Source: Balanoglossus misakiensis (lineage: Eukaryota; Animalia; Hemichordata). Taken from it: DNA of 64,000 nucleotides. The notes below the pieces were generated by a model. That model made no database searches. It was given only the letters and a program-made list of their open reading frames with translations, and was not told where the DNA came from. Location: assembly GCA_040954595.2 (NCBI GenBank), contig CM082579.2:12711834-12775833 (forward strand), read 5' to 3'. Below are positions 1 to 12,718 of this stretch, in pieces (position 1 is the first letter of the stretch; each line of letters starts with the position of its first letter). The position numbers and the translations under genes are program-made.

Positions 1-867
1 CTAATATGACACGTACGATGTATCCTAAATAGCGAAAAAGAAGAAAAAGCACAACAAGTGACAATTTCGAGGAATTTACTTGGAATTTGAAGTATCACAG
101 AGAGGTGTTCATGAAGCCTAAAAGATGCCAACTGATACAGCCGGAACGCAGGTTGCTCTCATAGAGGGCGCGCATTAAGCAGAGGTCACGTGATAAATTT
201 CAAAATGTCAGCCTTCAATCATGAAAACAACACCGTCAGAAATCAGGCCGTGTATCTTCGGATATCCTCGTGTGTTTTTTAAAACGACGATTTGATTGAG
301 GAAAGTGGTCCTCCAACTGTATCGAGTTCAATTTTTGTGTCTTCATAAGGTCAGATAATTACGCTAGTAGTTTTTTACGAGATCGTAGTGTTGTTTGTTT
401 AATCGTAAAAATTGCCATTTTCAATGTTTCGAGGCGAATATTTCGGTACACACACAAAAATGTGTTCGAACCCTAGATTGTTTACTTAGCTGTAATACTG
501 GAAAATGTTACCTTCCTTGGAGCTTTTATAAAAATTTGCTGCACATCTTAGTGAACCATATACATTATGTGTAAATGTAGGTCAAATGTTAGCCAAGTAG
601 ACCTTGCTTGTCTACATCGTGTAAGACAAAAAACATTACTGATCATGTAAGTATTACATCCTAACTTGCTAAATAAATGCTTGGATCATATTTTACATGC
701 TGAATTATTGTCATAATTTCGTAATTTTGTTTCACAACACAGCATCCAGATAATGTTCATGTAATTTCCCAGTAATAGTATACTGTGCTGTACAATTTGA
801 ATATCATTGTTGATTTATTGATATATATCATATGAGCTTATACTATACAATCATGATCATTGCAACA

Positions 868-2149
868 TTATTCCTCAGGGTTCCAATCTGAGCTGCAGTC
901 TATTTCAGATTCACCCAAAGTTTCCACAGACTGTTCATCGGCCACTTCCACATTACCAACTAATGAATCTGTGTCATCATCAACAATTACATCCTCATTT
1001 CTGTCATAAGTAACCTCTTCAAAATTTTCATCATCTTCCTCAGCCTCGTCTAAAGCAATCAGATATTCATCACTTGTAGTATCTATTGTCATGGGCTTAT
1101 TTGGTAGGTTTTCGCATGACAGACACTTACATCCAGGTCCACAAACATTTCCAGATTTCACACATTTGCAGCACCTGTTTACACATTTAGATTTTTTACA
1201 TTTGCATCCAGTGGTCCAAAATTCAACATTTTTCTGAACCTTTTCAAAGTTCTCATTAGAGTCCCAAATGACTTCTAATTTTCCATCCACTACTTTCCAT
1301 CCAAACTCAGTTATGGGGGGTGTTTGTACATCATCTCCTTGTGCATTTGCCCATAGATGGGAAACCCAACATGACCTTATCCAGTGATATTTCAATGCCT
1401 CATTTGATGGTAAAAATCCAACTTCTGAATCTATCCTATCCCATATTCTATTTTGTATGTCATCAAGCCATTTGTGATGAATGTCCTCAGTTGTCAATTC
1501 GTCTCTGATGAATGATGCGAAATGTTGATCAGGTGTGTCATATCCAGGAAAAGCAGATGAATGTTTCCTGTAAAACACAGAGCCAACCAACCTATAAAAA
1601 GCCAATAACCCTTGATTCATTGAATCATGTGTATCACTAAGCATACCAGCCATGTGGTCATTTCCTCTTCCTGTTATAAATTTTGCATTCTTAAAAAATG
1701 CATCTAAGAAAGCCTTCTTGCCATAACCACGAAAGTAAGAAATATAGTCACACCCAGAGCAGATAAATAAGGTTTGAAAAACTGTACCTAGCTCAGTTGG
1801 TGGTACTGAAGTCAATGAAAGGTCATGCTTCATACAGGTCAAAAGTGTTGGCATGTCAAGGTAAACATTATCAAATGGTACTGCTCTCAACTGTATCAAA
1901 ACATTCTTGTCAACAGTCTCTAGCAATGGCAAACCAATGTGATAAACATCAGTATCAGGAGAATAGATAAGAATATTCTGAGCCTGTGATTGGAGTGCAT
2001 GATACCATACTCTTGAGTCACTCTCTTCATGGTTTGATTTGTACAAAGAACTGATGGATATAACACCATTTACATCCATTTGTTTAGCCTTGTCTGTGTC
2101 ATCTCCATCAAAGCCACCAGCAGTGACAAGTTTCTGATTTCCAGAAATG

Positions 2150-2188
<39 letters not shown>

Positions 2189-5100
2189 TTATTTGTATAG
2201 CGTCAGTATCCACAAAAAAATGTGATCAATGACGCTTAAAGCAAAAGTACAATACAACAAATGGCTAAAAAACAGATTTAAAAAGTAAAGTTTTAACATT
2301 TGATTTAAAAACAGATAAGTCTGGTGCCTGGCGAATGGTGAGTGGAAGATTATTCCAAAGAATTGGAGCAGCAACAGTAAAAGCGCGATCACCATAACTC
2401 TTGGTGCGTGATCGAACAGGGCAGAGTTTGAACTGATCAGCTGACCTTAAATTGCGACATGGAACATATAGATTAGTCATGCTAGAAAGATAGATTGGAC
2501 CAAGTTTATGAATGGATTTAAAAATGAGAACTAACATCTTAAAAACAATACGCTCTGTAACAGGTAGCCAGTGCAACTGATACAAAATTGGAGTGATGTG
2601 ACAGGTGATTTTAGAACGAGTTACAATTCTAGCAGCAATATTCTGAACGCGTTGGATACGGTTGATTGAATACTTCGGGAGCCCAAATAAAAGTGAATTA
2701 CATGAATCAATTCGAGACGTAATGAATGCATGAACTAATTGCTCTGTAGCTGAATGAGATAAATATTTGCGGATAAGCGCAATGCGACGTAAATGAAAAG
2801 TGGCAGAGCGGCAGATCTGTCCAATATGTGGCTTCATTGTCAGACAAGAGTCAAGGATCACTCCAAGGCTCTTAGCCTGACAATGGACGGGAATCAGAGA
2901 ATCGCCAACACGAATTTCTGAAATCCCTCTAGCAGACAGATCACCCAAAATACCAGAGAAAATAACAAATTCAGTCTTATCATCGTTTAAGCACAAGAAG
3001 TTTTCAGACATCCAAAACCTAACATCAGAAATACAAAGTTCAAGATTTGAAACAGTTCTTGCTGCGTTGTCTTTACTAAAAGACATATAAAGTGAAGAGT
3101 CATCTGCATAAAAACTATAAAGACAACCATGACTTTGAACTAATTCACCTAATGGAGACGTGTACATATTGAAAAGTATGGGACCAAGAACTGATCCCTG
3201 TGGTACCCCAGTGTCGAGCGGATAAAAAGGTGATTGGGTGGAATTTACAAGTACACACTGACTACGATTGGAAAGGTATGACTTAAACCACATGAGAACA
3301 GTATCTGAGAGACCGAAGCGGTCTCTTAAGCGATTGAGTAAAATGGTATGGTTCACAGTGTCAAATGCTGCGGAAAGATCGAGTAATACCAAGAAAACAT
3401 CTCTTTTTTCATCAAGAGCAAGCAAAATGTCATTTGTTACTTTGAGGAGAGCAGTCTCAGTACTGTGTCCTGGCTTGTAAGCAGATTGCAAAGGCTCGTC
3501 CAATGAATGGTTGACAATGTGAGAAGTCAGTCTCTTGGCAACAATACGTTCCAGGATCTTCGACAAAAACGGCAGGTTGGATACAGGACGGAAATTTTTG
3601 AGAACTTCATGATCAAGAGATGGCTTTTTAAGTAGAGGTTTAACGATGGCTTCCTTGAAATGAGGAGGTACAGCACCATACTGCAGAGAGTTATTGAAGA
3701 TTTCTGTGATATGTGGTAACAAAACTTGTAAAATGTCAGAATGTTTGAAGATCTTGGTAGGAATCGGATCAAGGCGACAAGTAGATGAAGGCGATGCACG
3801 AATAACCTTGTCAATTTCATCAGCTGTTGTAGGCTCAAAGGCATTAAGGCGACAATCGGATTTCAATTCAGTTTGTGGTTGTGAATGATGTCGAATGGAA
3901 TTGCCCATATTTATAGTTAGTGATTTTACGCGATTAATGAAGAATTTTGCAAAACGATTTGCTAATTCCAGAGAATCATCATGTTTTGGTAGTACAGTGG
4001 ATGTGTTATTGTGACCAAGCAGTCCCTTTACGACCTTGAATAATTGTTTTTGGTTACCTGAGCACTCGTCAACAAGGCCGACATAATGGTTCTTTTTAGC
4101 AGCATCCACAAGGCGAACGACGTCGGTCCGACAGGCCCTGTAAATCTGGCGATGTACTTCCAACCTAGATTTTCTCCACATTTTTTCTGCCTTGGCTTTG
4201 TATGGCTTTGACAATGTCAACATGGTATCACATAGTAGGTTGACCAATAGCCGTTTGTGTGTACTCACTCCTAGGAATTTTCTCCAATTTGTGGGAAGAA
4301 CTTGCTCAAGCGTCAGTGTTTCAAATACTACATCACCCTCTTTACCTGTATCTCGCCTTGCCCTTTCGATATCTTTAGGACTAACTCCATGACGTTGAGG
4401 GTGATCAAAAACAATGTGTATTTCATTGATGCTTTGTTTACTGAAATATGGCTTCACCCACCTTCTACATAGAAATGACACATAGTCTTTGAATGTGTGA
4501 TGAAATGCAAGTGGTGTTGTGTTTATCAGAAACATTCCCTCTAAGATGACACATTCTGGGGAAAATGTTCTGGGCAATTCTGAATGAAAAGCAGATCTGC
4601 CTTTCAAGATTTTACCAACACTAACTTTTTGTCCTTTTTCTGGCAGACCATCTACAGTGGCTATAGCTCTTGGAAGTTGAATGAACTGACTGAGGTCATC
4701 TACTGGAACACCTGTAGCTTTGGAATATGATATCTTTTTGCGCAGAATTGAATTAACCAACTTTTGGTCTCTAATTTGCATCTGTTGTTTAATGACATTT
4801 GGTGGCTTTACAGCAAATGTTTTCAAGTTCTTGCGCCGAAGAGGTGGTAGCTTTGTATTTGGGGTGAAAAGTATCACACAGGAGATGTAATCTTCCATTG
4901 ATTTTTTCCCCACAGCCCTGAATGTCAACAAGTCCTCTGCATCTTTAACATACAGTGTTTTGTTAGAGAAAAGATGAGTGAGACAGTCAGGAGAGTTAGC
5001 TGCAGTGTCAAAAAGAACCTCTGATGTTTTCAATTTGTCAATGTATGATCTTACATTCATTTCTGTGTTTCTCATTTCAGGCACTGACTCATGAATAGCT

Positions 5101-8100
5101 TAGGATTGTATTGCTCCATTAAATATTTGTTTTTTGACGTTCTTTTGTAGTATTGCTCTGTGTGGGAGATAGAACGTCAGCCTTGAAAGTGCTTCCCTTT
5201 CAGTTGAACGCATTGCATCTTTGACGTCTTTATTTATACACATCTCATGACATTCATCCAAAGCAACACACTTCCATTTTCTACCAGATAGACTGGCAGA
5301 AAAACCACCATTACAGAGATTGTTTATGACAGACTTTGGAAATCATTTTAGATCAGCAAGGTGTTGTGGTACAAGCCTGAGGTAATTCATTCTGTCAAAA
5401 CTGTGAAATAACGGTGTCATTTCTTTCAGGGCAGCTGTACGTAACTGAAAATTCCTGTTCCTGATAGCAATGTACAATGCAATGTAGCTCATCATATCTT
5501 TGTGTAGGAATTCATGCCAGAATTTCCAGGTATTGCTATTGTCTGTCATCCTTTTTGCATATTTGTCAAAGTCCTCCTCAAGGCCTGAAATTTTAGATTT
5601 CAATTTTGCTCTTATGTCAGGAAAACAGGAAGGGTCATCAAGAAGACTGTAATGGTCAGGTTCACTCTGCATGCTAGAGACACATGCCTCATAAATTTCT
5701 GCCTCAGAAAGTGGACACAATTCATGACAGTCTCCTGATCTGTTTGTCAAGAACTTCTGAATTTCTAGTCTATAAATGGCTTCCCACACCTGCATAAGAC
5801 ATCTATGTGTTCTGTCAAAGTTAGTAGCTTGGATAACAGAAGTACCTGTTTTGCCAAAATGGAAAAGATGTACAAGTTCTTTCAGTCCTGCATCAGCATA
5901 TACTTTCATAATTACAGACTGAAAGTTTTTCAGTATGTGCCAACCTCCAGGATATGGCAAAAGCCATAATAACTCCATTCCATACTGTTTCTTCAGTTTC
6001 AGCAAGTAATCGTATGTTTTGCCATATCCAACAACTACTAAGTAGTTGATGTACTTGCCTACACCAAACTGAACATAAATCTTATTTAGGACAGCTTTCA
6101 TGGTTTCAATGTTATCTGCAGGTAAGTCAAGTACATCAAGATAAACAACATTTGACACTTCTGTTTCATCTGTTACAAACATAGATATTCTTTCTTTCAG
6201 ACCAGGAATGTTCTTTTCTAGATTTTCCTGATGGAGAGCATGGTTTTCAAGGGTGTAGAGAAAGCACTCTGACTGCAATTTTGTCAATTCTATTTTCTCC
6301 TCAGTTGAAACTTGGAAATCCTGAAGAGAAAGATTTGCAGAGAGACTATGTTGACTGCTTTCTTCATCCATCCCTGTCAAAGTACTGTAGTAATTTTCAA
6401 TGAGAACTGGAGCAATTGTGCGCTGGGAAGACTTTAATGTACTTACATTATTTGCCATCACTGTATATGTTGGACAGAGAAGTTCATTGAATGAAGCGAT
6501 AGTCTCACTTGCTATATTCATTTCTTTCCAGGAAGACAAGCTACTTTCTTCAGTAAGGACTGAAGTACAATCAAAGTACAAACTTTCATTTAACAAGGGC
6601 ATGTATACCTCTGTGCCCTCATGATACAGAAGTAAAAGATTTACTGGATCAGAGTTAGCTAGTATATCAGCCCCATATTTGCAAACCTCAATGTACTGAC
6701 CATCACTCTCCTTGTATATAGTTACCGGCTGGGATATGCAGAAACACAGTGATAAAATTTCTGGAACACCACAACCAGCACCTTTCCTGACTTCATAACA
6801 TCTGTGTTCAAAATCAATATATTTATCACAGCTATTGCTTTTCAGGAGAAATGATTCATACTGAGAGGTGCTAAGACGTTCAACGTCTTCTTTGTTATTT
6901 TCGAGGTTATCAACAATTTCATTTCTAACTTTTAACATAAGTTTGTTTTCAAGAGTCAGTAATGCTGCTGATTTTGGTTTTCCAGACTCATTACGAACAC
7001 AGTGTCTTAGAGAGTAATTTCCCTGTACTGCAAGAGCCCTACAGAAAGAATCATCATAAGTGGTTCGAACAACAGTCAAGTATTCACCCAAAGTAGTCTT
7101 TAGTGACATTCGTCGAAATTGTGTAATGTCTTCATCAGTGAGAGTTAGTGAAGGCTTGCTCTCTACTGCCTGAATAGAGGTTCCATTGAACCCTCTTCCC
7201 AGTTGATGAGATTTCACTGTAGCATACGAGCTAAGTTTATCAACATTATCGATGGAAACTGTAGTGAAACACTGATTGCTAAGTTGAGGTCCTTCCTTTA
7301 TAGTCTTTTCACAAATGGCAACTTTATATCTTTGGAGACTATCTTTTGATGCAACAGCACCAAATCGATTGAGAATTTTCAAACACTCTGATGATGAGTT
7401 GCTAAACTTATTTACAATATCAGCAAGTGCCATGTGTAAAGGAAAGTGACATTCTGGATTGTATGAATACATTAAACATGACACAATGAATAGTCTTTTC
7501 ATTACACGGCCAATGTGATAGCTTTGTGTTTTGTCATTCATGTTATGTGTGTAGCACTCATTCCATTCAAAAGAGTCAATTTCTCTCTGACTAAAGTAGC
7601 TACTCTCAGAATTATTCATCATTAATTTCAAAATGAAATTCTAAACAAATGGATCAACATGATGTGAAATAAAGTCATTTAAGCATACTGTTGTAAGGTC
7701 AAGTTCACCTTTCTGTTCTGCTGTCACCAATTTCTCTGACATCTCCTTGATTTTTGATTTGAGAAATTCACAAGATATTCGGAGATGTGCATGAATATCA
7801 TGGCTTGAAATAGAGGCCATCAGAGAAGTATTCAGTGTTTGCAGAGACTGTGCATGTTTTTCATAACTATGAAGTTTACTATTTTTTGCATGCAATGTAA
7901 AGAGCAAACAGTCCTCCAGAGATGAACCACAGTGCCTCAACAGTGTTCCAAGTTTTCTGTATGCAGGATTGGAATATGACACCATGCAATCTCCAAATAC
8001 ACTCTGAAGTTTAACCATAAGCCACCTCATAGATTTTTTCAGTGAATCAAGTGTTTCACTTGACTTCCCATAATTATCCACATTTCTTTGCAATGTTGCC

Positions 8101-9327
8101 AAATACACATCATAAACCGTGGATAACATTACCACCCTATCCTCCTCAAACTCCTGAGCTACAGTTAGTACAGCAGATGCCACTGCATGATCTGATGCAG
8201 TGTGTATATCAATACACTTAACATCCCTGTAACTACTGTACAGAGACCTCATATGATCTTTTGATGCAGATTTCACTGTTTTCACATCATATTCTGCTCT
8301 TACATATTTAGAGGAGGCTATCCTGCATGACCCACAAATTGTGCTGTTTTTGTCCACACAGCCCCCATCAAAATTAATATGATTTAGGTACTCTTTTGTC
8401 CATTCCAGGTCTATTATTTGCCTTTTCCTGGACTTTACTGGAATTAAAGTTGTACAAATTGCACAGGTAACTGGAATGTTACCTTTGACAAAATTATTAA
8501 GTACACAATAATGTTGATGGCATAGGGGCATACTTTCAGGTAAACCATCAAAACTGGCTGCCATCTTGTGGCAATTGAATAGTTGTTCATATGTGGCGAT
8601 ACTGCAGCCTTTATGATTAGCTGAGGAAGAACACAAACTGTAATTTGAGAGTTTCGCTTGCAGTCTGTGCAACTCTCTTACTATCACTTTCCGTCTCTGG
8701 GTTTTTGAATTTGCGTGTCAATTTTCTGTCACAGCTGCTACAAATACAGTCTGTTTTGGATATAGGTGTATTTGATGATGATTTGAAATTTGTCAGTACA
8801 TACTGAACAAGCTCTCCATCTTTTTTTGAACATAGATGATAATATCTTTTTTCGGAGTCACTTCCACATACAATACAGGGACCACACGATCTATTTGGAT
8901 GAATTAAATCATGCAGTGGCTTTCCCCCACCATACCCACTAATATTAACAGACAAAGTACCATGTAGGCTGTGCTCAATCTGTCCATTGCTTATCAATGG
9001 TTTACCTCCAGAAATTAATCTATACATAGAGTTGTGAATGCCTAATTTCTCGGATAAAAAGTCATAGATAAGAGTAGTGGGTATTACAGGTTTGGAAGTA
9101 TCATACAAAAGAGTTGAATGATCAGGTAAACTCAGATGATATTGATAGATCCGAGTATTTTGGGAGACAAAGGCAACCCGCAATAGAACCACAACTGCAA
9201 CTGCTCCGAGCACAGTTAACAATGGGATACCAACCACTATTAAAATCACTGATAAAATTACCAAAAACAACACAGTAACCTTCGAAAGTGGAAGGCAAAT
9301 GCCAAGAAAACCCATAATAGATAGCAA
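868..9327 (-). mobile_element. Decayed AcademX-like DNA transposon ORF (transposase + XPG/PIN nuclease + Cys-rich C-terminus), ~2,100 codons once the LINE insert is removed
   Basis: ORF pieces 8617-9327, 7641-8687, 5343-7631, 4199-5084 and 868-2152 are collinear. Transposase motifs: SIDNVD, PGGWH, VALDECHEMCINKD (5085-5342, in frame). XPG/FEN1 motifs: LEGMF, VFD, HEESD, SPDTDV, GCDYISYFRGYGKK. C-terminal Cys8/CXC (CKCKKSKC...CGPGCKC). In-frame stops at 7641, 5343 and ~5100 plus a frameshift near 8620-8690. Termini not identified. Confidence 0.75.
2153..4198 (-). mobile_element. 5'-truncated L2-clade (CR1 group) LINE: RT domain to (TTA)n tail
   Basis: RT motifs FLSKILER, GHSTETALLKV, LDLSAAFDTV, GVPQGSVLGP, YADDS; L2-type C-terminus HITPILYQLHWLPV, GDRAFTVAAPILWNNLP. 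(TAA)n tail at 2153-2187 on the + strand. TGTAT is duplicated at 2148-2152 and 4199-4203 (5-bp TSD). Removing the insert restores Academ KPY|ISGNQK. Confidence 0.9.
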
Positions 9328-9366
9328 GTCTTGAAAAAATCGAAATCGAAATCAGAATATACCCTA

Positions 9367-9706
9367 GAAGAAACCTCAACCCACAGGGTCTGTGCTCAAA
9401 CAGAAGAGGTAGCCCACAGACCACGTGTGACCAGACACACGATGGAACTTCCACTAGTCCCGGACACCAATATGACAAATAGACAATTGAAGACCACAAA
9501 GAAAATATGAAGAAACCTCAACCCACAGGGTCTGTGCTCAAACAGAAGAGGTAGCACACAGAATAGCTCTGCGTAGCAGACACAGCCCTGCCACGCAGAT
9601 CTCGAGCTACACACAGACCACGTGTGACCAGACACGCGATGGAACTTCCCCTAGTCCCGGACACCAATATGACAAATAGACAATTGAAGACCACAAAGAA
9701 AATATG
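9367..9706. repeat. Two imperfect direct repeat units (~143 bp and ~197 bp, the second with an internal insertion)
   Basis: gaagaaacctcaacccacagggtctgtgctcaaacagaagaggtagc and ctagtcccggacaccaatatgacaaatagacaattgaagaccacaaagaaaatatg each occur twice. Confidence 0.85.
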
Positions 9707-11196
9707 TCTTTCAGTCAGAACTGTAGTAAAAGTAAGTCTTCGAGGTATGAAAAGCGATATCACATCAAAATGTGACGAAAATTCAGTTCACGCCACGTAC
9801 TGCATCGTACGGACGTTCAGGAGCTATGCACTAGTTGCGCGTGTGCAGACAGGAATTGTTGGACTTGAAATCAGGGGCAATTATGCAAAGGCCCATGGGG
9901 GTACACATTTTATTTTTCTTACATCGTCAAAATAAATATTGAAATTACCAAAAATCGTTTCAAAATCTTAAAATTATTTTTTATAAAAAAGTGCTGCACA
10001 TCTTAAAACACTAAAAATTTGATGTTTATTTTTTTCCAAGTTCCGGGTCACTGTAAGTTTGATAAGTTTTCCGTGCGGGTTTTCAAGATATTTTGGTAAA
10101 AATGTGTCATTTAGTAGCTTAAACTACAAACTATCGATAAATGGTGAAAATGACCGGTAAAATACGATTATTACGACGTAAATAAGCTTAGAAAATTACG
10201 CGGGAAATAAGCACGCCACTTCCGCATTTGAAAACATGATAACGTTGGGGGCGCTGCAAAGTTTAGAAAACACCGTGATTAACGGTCATTTGACGAGCTA
10301 GCGTTCGCACAGATACAGTCACGCACATTGTCATTGATCAGGTAATTCTGGTTTGTACACATTATCGGCGCAATTTCATATTGGATATTTATACAGACAG
10401 AAGCCAATTTAAGGTATATTTTTCACAAATTACTGGAACCACTGCGTATGAGTCTGAAACATAGCCACAATGTGTCACAATGACATAAGCGTAAGTATGT
10501 AGGACTCTGAAAATTGATGAATCTTCAACAGTCGTGAATAATACGTCTTCCTTTTTTTCGATAAGTCACCAGTGAAAATGAGTTGCCTGCCAGTAGATAT
10601 AACTTTACAGCAAAACTTTGAGCAAATGCCCCAAAGGTTTGGAATATTTTCAATCAGCACGAATGATTTTACGGTAAGATGTGAACAAAAATATATGAAC
10701 AGGTATATGATTTGTACATTTTCTTTTTTACAGTCAAGGCTAAAAACATTTACTTCGTAGACTATGACTCTTCACGATCTACATTATAGTTGCAATAAAA
10801 GACACGCTTACCAAAAATAGAATGACCAGCAATAGCGTTTTCATGTTGTTGATCTTGGATTGCACCTTCACCAGTCGGACAAGCAGTAGGCCTACGGTCT
10901 TCATCATCACCTATGAAAAAGTGGGAACAGGTGTCAATTTAGTAAGCCAAAATATTCTCACTGTTTTGCAGAGAAATACTTACCAAGAGACCAGCGGAAC
11001 AATTTTAAAAACTACTTTTAACAAAAACATGCCATTTTCGGTACTGTGGTTCAGAATAATTAAACTTTGTCGGTCGATGTTCGTTTTCAAGGCCTTCATC
11101 TCAAAATAATGTATAGCTCGTATAAAAGGGTAATTTTGTTTATTGCTAGCGAATCTATACATTCTTAGGAGTAATGTCTAACGAACTTTCATCATT

Positions 11197-11919
11197 CTAG
11201 TTAAAAAAAACGTTTACATGGTACGTACCTGTCAACTCGAACTGTCCATAGCACTGGTAACATGACTTAGCAACGTCTTTGATGTGCGTGACCCACAAAG
11301 ACATTGAAGCAACTACTTTACCGGGCCAGCTGGGGTTGCAATAGGGTGTTTCGGCTGGCCACCATACTGGCTTCATGTCTGGTCTGGCCCACAAAGGTTG
11401 GGCACGATTTTCAGTGCATTTTACCAATGCTGGTAAAAATTCTCTTACATCATAGAAAGTGAACAAAGAGAGTTTCTTCTAATGGTGGTTTCTAAGATCT
11501 GGCAGTATGCTTTCTGGGGGTTGTTGGTTATCATCACTAGGATGCGCTGGTATAGTTAGAAATGTTGAAACGTTTGCTTCAATGTTTCTAGAAAGTGGCC
11601 GGGTGCCATGGATGACAAAACGCTGTTTATTGGTGACGGGGTCGAAAAATGTTGCAACAACTGCAGCTTCAATCTGGGTTTTCGCGTGAAATTTGTCAAA
11701 GTTTGTAGGCAGTGACTGCCACAGTTGCCTTTGGTGCTTCTTGGGGAACTGCGTCATGACAGAGTGAATATCGGACACTTCATCTCCAAATATATAGTCA
11801 GGTAACAAAGGGACATGTGAATTAGGTGACAATGATCTGCTTAAGGTAAATTTGAGGAGCTGAAACGCCTTATCAATTATGGGATTGTGAAAGCCAAAGC
11901 GTGAATTGGGGGTCTTCAT
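11197..11919 (-). pseudogene. Intronless NRF1/Ewg-like DNA-binding-domain pseudogene
   Basis: ORFs 11479-11919 and 11197-11466 are in the same frame, separated by one TAG. VREFLPALVK..RAQPLWARPDMKPVWWPAETPYCN..WVTHIKDVAKSCYQCYG parallels NRF1 LRAFIPEMLK..RGKPGWGKESCKPIWWPEDIPWAN..WTQALRTIVKNCYKQHG. Confidence 0.65.
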
Positions 11920-12718
11920 TTCTTCTGTTTACACCTTCATAACAATTGTGTATTGTATACCAGACATATATACCTATTCTGACAAATGTTGTATTTTCCT
12001 TTACAGTAGGACACCCCTGGGAAAAAGACAAAAGACTATGTGGTATGTATTGTCCAGAAATGAACATATCACTACTATTTTCCTAACAAAGAATCTACGT
12101 ATATACAGCTAAGTAATGTAATTGGGGCGCATTATCAGTGTGCATATCACAGTCCTATGTGATGAAACCTTGTTCTGTTTGACCAGGAATCTGTCATTTA
12201 TGATTGCGCTTACGATTGCTCTCATAGTAAATGCACAGTCAGCAGTTTATTACATTTTTTCTGAAACATTTTAGTACGGCACATAGATGCATATGTATAC
12301 CATGACTGTTATGGCAACAACTACAGTTCTGCTGTGATTTTACAGTTGTGAAAGTGAATGTGTATATATGTACTAACAACTATTACTACATATTTCTTTC
12401 CAGGGCTCCTCATTCTCCAGCTGCTCCACAGATTGACCCAAAAGTAATTTTGAATCGGCAGCACCAGTGATAGCTAACCAGTGCACAGCCAACCCAAATA
12501 ATCAAATGAGGTAACTATTTACTGAATAACTGGATCCATTCCATGTTCATAACTGAAGATCCCAAGTGTTGATTTCTCTCAAAAGGCTACAAATATTCTA
12601 CATATTTTACTTAGAAAGTAAGTCAGGTTATTTTGTCATGAAAATAATAACTCTTGTGGAAAATGAACGCATCACCCAAAATAGCCAAGGGCACCATTTA
12701 TTAACTTCATTATAATAT

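Noticed and set aside
2265-5084. 939-aa ORF as a native single gene
   Set aside because: The TSD, (TTA)n tail and restorable Academ frame show it is an insertion chimera.
1-10400. Terminal inverted repeats for the Academ element
   Set aside because: Only short matches found (e.g. tgctgcacatctta near 537 and 9992 is direct, not inverted); ends cannot be called.
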